From: Macrostomum lignano
Lineage: Eukaryota
Length of the DNA stretch: 64,000 nucleotides
Assembly: GCA_002269645.1 (NCBI GenBank)
Contig: NIVC01002546.1
Span: 1 to 64,000, forward strand
Direction of reading: 5' to 3'
The notes beneath the pieces are model-generated. The model did no database searches, had not been told where the DNA came from, and was given only the letters and a program-made list of their open reading frames with translations. Each line of letters begins with the position of its first letter. Position 1 is the stretch's first letter. This document shows, in pieces, positions 51,837 through 64,000 of the stretch. The translations under genes and the position numbers were made by a program.

Positions 51837-52548
51837 TTCTAAGAAATTCCTTTCCTTCAATTTTCCGCCTAACTTGGAGTGCGCGCTTGAGATGCTGCTG
51901 GCAACTCTTATAAAGACAGATACCCACATAATAGCCTCGGTACGAAGCCTATTGCGCCATGTCTGTCTCGTCGCTTTTGATTGGACGTTGGAAATTAAAG
52001 CGTTTGAACTCACTGTGAAACTATTTGTGGCAAAATATTCGACCCTCGAATTGTTTTATTTAAAGGAATGGCATTAAACTGAATAGGAAATTGCGTCGTA
52101 GATTGAATAAAATCGATAATAGATGTAGGTTTAAAATCGATGCAAAATCAACTATTTCATGGATAGGCACAACGATTTTTACGGGTTAAAAAATAGGTTA
52201 GGATTTTTTTAAAGAAGGTAATGTCATTTTTTAGTTTTTGGAAAGTGCCCGTAAGTTATCTGTTCAATATGGAAGCAAATTTATACTTTTAGAACAAAAT
52301 GTGAGAGAAGAATTGCCTAATTTTTTATTCTAACAGAATTTATTAAACCAATATAAAAAAGTACAATTTAAAATACTGCTTCAGCAAAGGGATTAAGGAC
52401 AGTAAGCAGTTAAATAGGCATTGAGCTGCTTGCTAATGGTTTGTTCTTGTTCAGTGACCAATGGCTCTACTAGAAGAACAACGTTGCTCGATTTTTCTGT
52501 ACTTAAAGATAAATAAACAGTGTCACATACTGAACTTTAAAGTTTAGA

Positions 52549-52728
<180 letters not shown>

Positions 52729-53607
52729 AAAGGACCCTGTCTTAAGTCAGAATAGAATTATCAAAGTGCAATAAATTTTTGACAAAAAAAGCTTGAAATA
52801 GAAGTGAGTGCTTTTTAAACTATGAATTTATGGTCGCGGAATTTTCTGAAAGTCTTGCAGCCAGTAGCCGAAATTCAAATAAATAATTTACCAAGTTGGT
52901 GCTGATTCCAGCCTGCTCGATTTCTACTCAAAGGTTTCAGTATTTTTAGTGCAAATGGCTGCTTCTGAGCTTCTCCAGTGCGCCGTGTTGGTTTCGCCAT
53001 AAATTTTCTTTCTGTCAGGATCAAATTTCAGCGGAGACGGCCAAACTTATTTGGGCTATCGAGCTTCTCGGAAAGCCCTGCAATCCCAACCATTCGCCCC
53101 GTAAATTGAAGCATCTGTCCGTTAAATGGGACGACAGGAGCTGCGTTAGTCAGCACAAACCAATGGAGACTCTGTGTACCATGCTGCACGGATGCCTGTA
53201 TACTGATTTTCCATAGCTAAATTTGTTCTTAAAATGTTGATCGGAGCGGCGTATGTTTCGATAATAACTAATGACAATTTTAACCAAATTCTGTCATTTC
53301 TTAATATAAGTTACTACACTTTTCTATGCCTCAAATAATCAGGTGAATTTATGAGCTTTGCGTATTAACCCACAGTGAATGCAGAAAGCTCCGATAAACG
53401 GTTGCTCAATCTGCGCAATACTACGAGCCGTATTTTCTGCCTGAACGTGTAAAAAACGCTCTAAGAGCTCCAAAGCGTAGGTGACTTGATTATTTTCATT
53501 AATGACATTTACCCCGGTATCAGCGTAGAAAGTGCTATCAAGATGATTTACAGTGGGCAGGGTAAATGCTCTGGAAAGCTTTTTAACACCTTTTCGCATT
53601 TTTCCTA

Positions 53608-53778
53608 GTGTTGTAACCTAGTGGTTAGAGCATCGGATTCATGACTTGAAGGTTGAGGGTTCGATTCCTGATTCCACTGGTGTCAGCATTGTAAAATGGG
53701 TGCCAGCATTAGCTGGGGTAATTGAGGGTGTGTGTGGCGACTCCCCCTCCCCCCAGTCCTTGGACAGAACAGCCCTCC
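53608..53778 (+). mobile_element. tRNA-derived SINE, family A, internally deleted copy 3
   Basis: TAACCTAGTGGTTAGAGC...GGGTTCGATTCC head joined directly to TGTAAAATGGGTGCCAGCATTAGCTGGGGTAATTGAGGG. Confidence 0.75.
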
Positions 53779-54596
53779 TGCGAAAATTGATTGATTAAAC
53801 CTACTGAATAGACCAAAAAGTTTCGAGCATTAAGAAACGGTAAAAAACCCAACTCACATACTGGGCCGTTCGACTAACCATATCGACTATCAGGACTGAC
53901 TTTTATCGCACCTCCCTGCGCCGCGTTGGATCAAAGTGCATCTACTTATAACTCCTATAAATAGAGAAAAGCAACAACAGTTTGCTCCGGTATTCTGCAT
54001 GCAGCCATGCAGCCAACAGCTTATAAAGAAATCTGTGCATTAATGATTCAACAGCTGATAGGCAATTGCCAATATTGACAGAAGCAGTTTCTGCAGCAGA
54101 GGGCACCGACTTTGAAGTAAAAAGAGCTGCCGAACTAAAAAAAATTCAATGATTGCCTGACTCAACAGTGGCCAAGCGATTACTCTTGAAAGATTACTAT
54201 TAGTACTAAAAAGAGCCACTACGTGATAATCGCTTAAACATTGAAAGACCAGCAACAGGGCATAATAACTTGACTGTATGTTTTCAATAACGTGTCTTCA
54301 AATCGTTCAATCGGCTACCGCGCTTCCATATGAGAGCATTAAGTTTGTACGAGTTATGAAATCGTCATTTCCAAGGTTATTCCCCCAAATAAAGTATTTT
54401 CTTTTCCTTTTTAAATTTTCACAGCATCTTTTTGCGATGGTTCTGTTCTTTGACTTGTCGCTTCCAAAATACGCTGAAGTTCAAATAGAAAGCGCTGTTT
54501 AAATTTGGCTTTGAATATACTTGCTTGTCAGTATCTAGCAGCATATTAGGTTAAATTAGGTTAAATTAAATTCGGTTAAATTAGGTTGCAATGGTA

Positions 54597-57807
<3,211 letters not shown>

Positions 57808-58777
57808 GGTTGCAATGGTAAGTATAATTTGTAACCCGAACGGCCTCTTTCGAGACCGACTAACCACAACTATCAACGACTACCACTAGTTACAATAAAA
57901 GCTATACAATAATTTGGCAGAGGCACAGTAATAATAATTACTAAACTACTAACTAATAATTCCACAAATAAAAGGCAATGGTGACGATCGGCGCTCGACA
58001 AGCACAATCAGATCAGCTCAAACTGCAAATCGACCACAAAATTTACTGACAACTAATCGACAAACAACTGACTCCGATGCATCTCTGATGCAATAAAAAT
58101 GTTGACCCTTCATAATGAAATGATGAAACCGTATTTGTGAGCCGACCCGTCAGTTATGTATACATCTATTCGCATATTTATAAATTATAGTTTTAGGAAA
58201 AACTTTGCATTACAGTTGAAATTGAGTCTTTAGAGTACTTTTTTGGAGTTTTTGTTTTCGTTCTGCTGTATTTAAAGTAACGGCGACTGGGCGACGTTGC
58301 GCTTCCGAGTAAAGAATGTTTTCATGCCAGTGCATAATAGTGTTCCAACTAGTCTGTTATACTCTACGCTCGTATGCTAACTTTAACTTGTTTTGCCAGT
58401 CGGCTATTATAAGAAGCTGGGCCGGAGACTGGTATAGGAAAGACAGGTACTATATTATTCCGCACATCTTGCTGCTGACAGAAACCGTCTGTGCGTCAGA
58501 GCAAATCGATGAAAGCAGACACTATAATGGAGAGAAAGCTGTCGGAGAGAGAGATGAGGAGTGGAGGCAAAGGAAGGAGAGAAAAGTCTTTAGTAAGCAA
58601 GGCACAATAGACCAGCATAAGAGGAGCATTAGGTTCGCTAAATGAAAAGAGAGAATTGGCTTTAAAGCCCAAACTCACAGAGTTTATTAATTAAGATTTC
58701 TCAGACCTGTTCCATTTCACTTAGCCTTGCTCTAGAGCTTCAATTTTACTCGTTACTTACTTATAGCTACGGAGACT

Positions 58778-60988
58778 ATGAACGAATCAACGAACAAGGC
58801 CCTATTGGTTCCAGGCACGGCAGCCCTGGAACCGGGCATTCAGGAGGTCTACAACCAGCTGGAGAAGCGAATCCAAAGTGGCAAACCTTTGCAGCAATTC
58901 CAGCAGGACGATTGGCGCAATCTCGTCCGGGTGGCGCAGCTACACACGTCAGCGCTAAATCAGACGCCGACTGACGAAAGGCGTGCGTTCGCCAAGGCGA
59001 TTCGCCAGCGCTCGGGCTGGTGGGGCCGTCCGTCCGAGGCCAAGATAGCCGATGCCAATCTGGAGCGCACGTTGATTCGATCGGCTCTTGATTCGGCCGG
59101 ACTATCGGAAGCGGCTACGGAGGCAAAGCGACGCCTTCACGGACCGGGTGTTTTCGCTTTGCGTCATGCTCGGCTGCCGGCATTTGCCTACGTCGGTCGC
59201 GACGCGAACCAACTTATTGAGGCGCTGCGGCGTCTCCTCTGGCTGGCTTTCGACGGACTTGAGAGCCCGAGTAGCGATCAAAGACGACTTGACGAATCTG
59301 ATGCAGTGGTCAGTGCAGCGATTCTGTTGACTCGTCAGACCGATTGGCAGCTGACTCTCGTGGCAGCTGACGACTCTGAGGCGGAGCGACAGACTTTGCA
59401 GAATGAACTGACGCTTCGTCTAGGTTGCCTATGGCCTCGTGGTCTGAACTCGAGTCTGAATCAGAGCCTTGTCTGTTTGAAGGAGCTACGGGAGCTTGAC
59501 TGGTGCCGATCCATAGAGAACGGCGCGAGTCGAAGTCACTTAGCTGTTGTCGAGGAGGCTGCAACGGCGATGGAAGCTAGACGATTGGGTCTTGCCGATC
59601 TGCAGTTTGACGACGTGCGTCGGATTGCCTTTGAGGCGGACGAGTCAGGCCTGTACCGGTGCGATGAGGCTGTTCGCGAGTTTAGCCGGCTTTGCCAGCA
59701 GCTGCGACAGCGTAGCAGCGAGTTACACCAGGCTGACTACGTCGCTTGCCATCGCCTCCATGTCATGGCCGCTGAGTTGGCCGCAAAGCCGCAAACCAAA
59801 GAAAGACTGAAGTACCGACGAGACGTGCGACAACATAGTGGCTGGTGGCGCTCGGAGACGGGTGGGCTGGAATTTTTTGACGACTCTGTAGCAAACTTGG
59901 ATTGCCTGGCAAATACCCTGGCGAGAATTCTACAGTCGGAAATGAGCAAGTCGGAAAGCGGTTGTAATGACATGAGCAACTATTCCCAGCTGCAGACTGC
60001 CGGTGTATTTGTGCTCAGACACAGGTAGAATGGCTCATTTCTTGAATTCATACCTTACAGCATCCATGTTGACTAGTTTGACAAAAGAATAGCCTACTTT
60101 CAATACTGGTAGCAAGATCTAACTTTTAAGTAGTCCTCTTTAAGATTTTTCTGCTTAAATCGCTTCGTTTCCCGTCAGTAGTACATTTTTATTTATTGCA
60201 TATAAATTTCTGTAGCGGAAAAAATGGTAGCCTTGCTTTCTACATTTAGCTTTATTATTAGACCGTAAAATGATCTAGTCAGCTTCACTCAGCCTGACTA
60301 GCATAATGCTTATAACAGGGACTACTCAATACGATCGCGACTGGAAAGGACAATATTTGGAGGCCGCTCGATTAATAACTTAGTCCTCTAAAAGCATTAC
60401 TTCGATATGTTCTCCCTTGTAGTCAGCGAGTTTGTGACTGTGGTAAAAACCTAATCCAAGCGATGCTTTTTCGAGGACTAAGTTATTAACAGATCGGCCT
60501 CCAAATATTGTCGTTTCCCGTCCCGAGTACTGAGTAGTCCCTGGCTTATAAATAGTTTATCGATTGTACTACCAACTCGTCGCGACAGGTCCAGACGTTG
60601 TTGGCGCTACGTCAGTCGTCCATGCGACGATGTACTCGCAGAATTTCGCTGCCTTCTTCACCGATCGCTGGACGGATTTCCATCTGACGAGAATTGTGAC
60701 AACGCTAGTTCAGGGTGCGACCCGACAGGCCTGGATTGCGCTGCTGCCGCAATGCTTTTGCTAAGCACAGCAGACGAATGGCTGTTTGAATTGCATCCCG
60801 AGCCTGACCAGCTGCTAGCGGCCGAGCTGTACAATAGGTTGGTGCTGCAGCTCGACGCTCTGTGGCCAGGTGGTGCCAATCTGTCTCTGCTCATTGACTG
60901 GCAGACGCTGCCAGCGCTGCACGAGGCGATGGCTCAGCGTCCGCAGTCACAGCTTCAGGCGCGAAACGCCAATGTCACCTGCGATTGA
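58778..60988 (+). CDS. Uncharacterised ~548-aa protein with two internally duplicated GIY-YIG-like modules
   Basis: Exons 58778-60024 and 60589-60988 (AG|GT donor, CAG|G acceptor) join in frame and give a gapless alignment of repeat 1 (GVFALRHARLPAFAYVGR...LWPRGLN) with repeat 2 (GVFVLRHRSRRCWRYVSR...LWPGGAN). Each module is preceded by an R..F/Y...IRQ.SGWW segment. A further upstream exon at 58400-58592 is possible. Confidence 0.75.
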
Positions 60989-61869
60989 GACTGCTATGCT
61001 AAGTTAGATTATTCTCCTACTATCAAACTTATCATATGTTTGCATGGGAACTTTCTACTAATTATAATTGTAACTAATTTATTAGTTTAGTTGCAGGGTT
61101 CTGTCTGCTTCAAGAAATTCTATTAAAGTCTTTTGTCACCAATAAAACCATAGTAGAAAATAAAAAGAACTAAAATACGAGCTTATCTATTTGCTTTGCT
61201 CGCAGTCTACAGAAACTACTTTATTGATGCGTGGGCCTTCAGTCAATTAAGCAGATGAGGTTTTTATAGACTAGACAGCCAAATACTAAATGGAAATGCA
61301 CTCTCCAAATACGAACTATTTTATTGACTGCAGTTTGTAGTAGCGGATATTCATTCGTTTTTCTGCAGCGACGTTCTCAGAATTATTTTACGGGAACACT
61401 GGGTAAACGATTTGTTGCTCAAAGCTGATTCACAAAGCGTCAAAAGTCTTACAATTAACTAGAACTTGCATTGAATTTGCCTATCCCATTTTACTACATC
61501 GTTTTAGATGTAAAAATAGAAACGATTTTTTGTGTCCACAGGACTGATTCTAGCTCTTGGCTAGTCTTTGTAAAAATGGGACCGGAATGGTTTCCCGAGC
61601 TAATCCCAACGGTAATCGATAGAGATGCAGCAATTTATAATGTAGCTTGCAGCAACAATCAGTGATTTTTCGGTTCATTAATGGATTCCGGTTGGATAAG
61701 TCAATAATTGTCAGTTTTTTAGCTCTCCATTCACTGTCAGCTGCTATATAGTCTGAATTCTTTATAACCGAACGAACAAAATTTTCAGGTCAAGTTGCTC
61801 AAGTTTTTGTTCATAACGCTTTCTACTAAACTGTAAATCAAAAACTCAATCTTAAACGATAAAAATCAA

Positions 61870-62000
61870 AACTGTGTATCTGTGTGTCTGTACAAATTAC
61901 TTCCGCTATGGATTCCCAAACCGCTCAACCAAACTACACCAAATTTTGCATCCGCCCTAGACTTAATACGGAAAGTGTCATCAGGATCAGGCTCCCTTAA
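61870..62000. mobile_element. Possible Helentron-associated (HINE/DINE-like) remnant
   Basis: CTGTGTGTCTGT...AAACCGCTCAACCAAACTACACCAAATTTTGCAT resembles my recollection of the core of non-autonomous Helentron elements; no ends identified. Confidence 0.3.
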
Positions 62001-62671
62001 AATTTTCTAAATCCAAGTCTTCCTCTTACCTTAATCCATTAATCCTGAACGGCGCTGTGCACTTTTAAATTAAGACTGTTTTTGTCAGCGAGACAGCCAC
62101 CCCAGCCTCCGCCTGCCTCTCCTGATCTGGCCCAGAGGGGGTATGAGTTTAAAATGAGTTTAAATGAGTTCAAAAAGTAAAAAAACAAACTAACTTTGAT
62201 GCGTTTGACTTCAAACTTGACACAATTTTTCATTGACTTATTCGATCTCTGTCTAAATACTGTCTGTTAAAAGTCTCAACTCTGTAACTCAATCAGAACA
62301 GATACTGTAAGCATGTGAAGTTTGCTTTTTCTGTTGTTCGTGCGGCTCACCAAACTCATTCCCTCAGACTAAGGGTCAGGCGATAGGGCTCAATGTACAT
62401 AGCAAATGTACATTACTTTGGAATAAGTTCAAGTTCAACTTTATTTACGCCCCAGTAGAATTTCTCAACCAAACTGTTCTTAAGCTGCCTGACTGTTCTA
62501 TCCTATAGGCCTAACAGTTAAACAGTTTAATAGTGTACGATGAGCAAGACAGCATTCAATAAGACTGCCATGGTTTGAAAAAGAGAAAAATCCTAGCTTT
62601 GCATAGACCTGCAGATCGAGTGTAAGTGCAATGGTAGATTGTATAGTATGCAACTGAGTTGAATAATGGTT

Positions 62672-63680
62672 GGTTATTCGTAAGTGAGACTTTAGGATAA
62701 TAGTCCGGCTCATGGCACGAGATTGCAGACGCGGTTCTTGACCATGAGCCGGACTATTATCCTAAAGACTCACTTACGAATAACCGCATTGTCGAATTTC
62801 AGTGGGGCCATAGACAAAAAGGGCATCGAAAGGAGAGAGGGGTTACCGAGGAGAGAGAGACATAAAGACTGAGGTGGTTTACTGGAGTTTGGGCCATAGA
62901 CAAAGAAGTTGCAAACAGGCTGGGGGTTAAGAGGGTGGAAAGGAAGGAGATGTGGAGAGAAAGAGAGAATAAAACTTAAATAGCTACATTCGCTTGGCCA
63001 TGGAGAACCAGACGTCATATCCGATCAACTGGGGCAATCTGCCTGTCGAAAGTTTAGCCAACGTATCTAGCAGCGAACTCAATTGGATCTCAAGACTTTC
63101 CACATCTCAGAAGGACATGAAGGATAACGAAGACTTTTTGAACTTCTTGCACTTTCTTGAGACCTGGAATCGGCTGGGCATTCGATGAGCGAGATCATGG
63201 CTATCACGGGTCAAAAGTCCGAGAGCACGGTCCGGCGCTACCTGGCAGTTAAACGGGACAAGTCCCTGCAACAATGCAGCTATGCAGTGTCGCGTGCGTT
63301 GAACATGGGACAAAGCGCCGCGACCCACGGTCAAGTAACAATGCCTGCTGACATCAGCATCCAAAGTTCCATCGTGCAAGAAGCAGTGAGCGTGTCTGAT
63401 GGTCGTCAGATGAACGGTCGGAATATCTTTATTATGAACAACTGTACTTTCAACAATTGCAATCTGTAATGGTCTTCGGCACTATGACAATTGCGCCATA
63501 TTGATACTGCACAATTAACTTTCCATAGCGCTAATATTTTGTTGTTGGTGTTTGCTGTTTTGTTCTAAAAATAGGCGTCCATTATCCCGAGTTTGAAATC
63601 ATTATCCTGAAGTTTAAGTGAAAAAAAAAATAAATGTGCTCATGGTTTAACCATAGACGATTGCATTATCCTAAAGGCTG
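62672..63680 (+). mobile_element. Internally deleted Crypton-like (tyrosine recombinase) element
   Basis: N-terminal fragment MENQ...SSSELNWISRL...F...W (63000-63170) is fused out of frame to the C-terminal catalytic segment LESAGHSMSEIMAITGQKSESTVRRY and the tail FIMNNCTFNNCNL (stop 63469). A 44-bp hairpin lies at 62672-62785, with a degenerate echo (GCTCATGG...ATTATCCTAAAG) at ~63638-63676. Confidence 0.65.
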
Positions 63681-63697
63681 ATTTTTGACAATGGGGG

Positions 63698-63799
63698 GTT
63701 AACTGGAAGAGAGAACTCCAGGCAACGGCCAAAGCCACGAGCAGCGCTAGCCGCGAGTGGAAATTTGGCCGTTGCCTGGAGTTCTCTCTTCCAGTTAAC
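63698..63799. mobile_element. ~100-bp hairpin MITE-like element
   Basis: Perfect 36-bp inverted repeat GTTAACTGGAAGAGAGAACTCCAGGCAACGGCCAAA (63698-63733 and 63764-63799) around a 30-nt spacer; the ends contain TTAA/TA. Confidence 0.6.
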
Positions 63800-64000
63800 T
63801 TCATTGCAGGAAATATCTATGGCACGAATCGAAGTGGCCCAGAAGGAGGAGGCACAAACGTCTATGGCACGAAAGCCAAAAGGCGTGGAGAGTTCATGGC
63901 AATGACAATCCTATTGATTGAATGGAGGGTTGAAATGTCTATGGCAAAACTTTCAGTGGGGGTGAAGGGGTTTGTGTGAGGGATTCCCAGGCAGTAAGTA

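Noticed and set aside
54545-54585. Telomere-repeat targeting (TTAGG-like) by the LINE, as in TRAS/SART
   Set aside because: Only three TTAGG words separated by TTAAA, and the TSD itself is non-telomeric; too weak.

Overview
Eukaryotic (invertebrate animal) genomic DNA with spliced genes, minisatellite-filled introns and many transposons. The style is reminiscent of a flatworm such as Macrostomum, which is inference only. Host genes: an LDLRAP1/ARH-like PTB adaptor (minus, ~5.6-13.0 kb, one or two apparent 1-bp frameshifts), an ELOVL6-like fatty-acid elongase (plus, 27.2-29.3 kb), a 14-exon TRPA1-like ankyrin ion channel (minus, 32.8-47.5 kb), an intronless class A peptide-type GPCR (minus, 50.6-51.9 kb) and an orphan gene (plus, 58.8-61.0 kb). 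The orphan's ~548-aa product is an internal duplication with two degenerate GIY-YIG-like domains and is the most novel item. Mobile elements: a complete-looking 8.7-kb CACTA/EnSpm element (TIRs, 2-bp TSD, 798-aa transposase, 5-exon accessory gene) carrying a nested mariner; a 3.2-kb non-autonomous CCCAG-ended element containing a Gypsy 3' end; a solo LTR splitting a minisatellite; a 5'-truncated RT+RNase H LINE with a 13-bp TSD; an internally deleted Crypton-like element; hairpin MITEs; and two tRNA-derived SINE families. No rRNA, intact tRNA or CRISPR array was found. Exon coordinates were derived by hand from GT-AG sites and reading-frame continuity.
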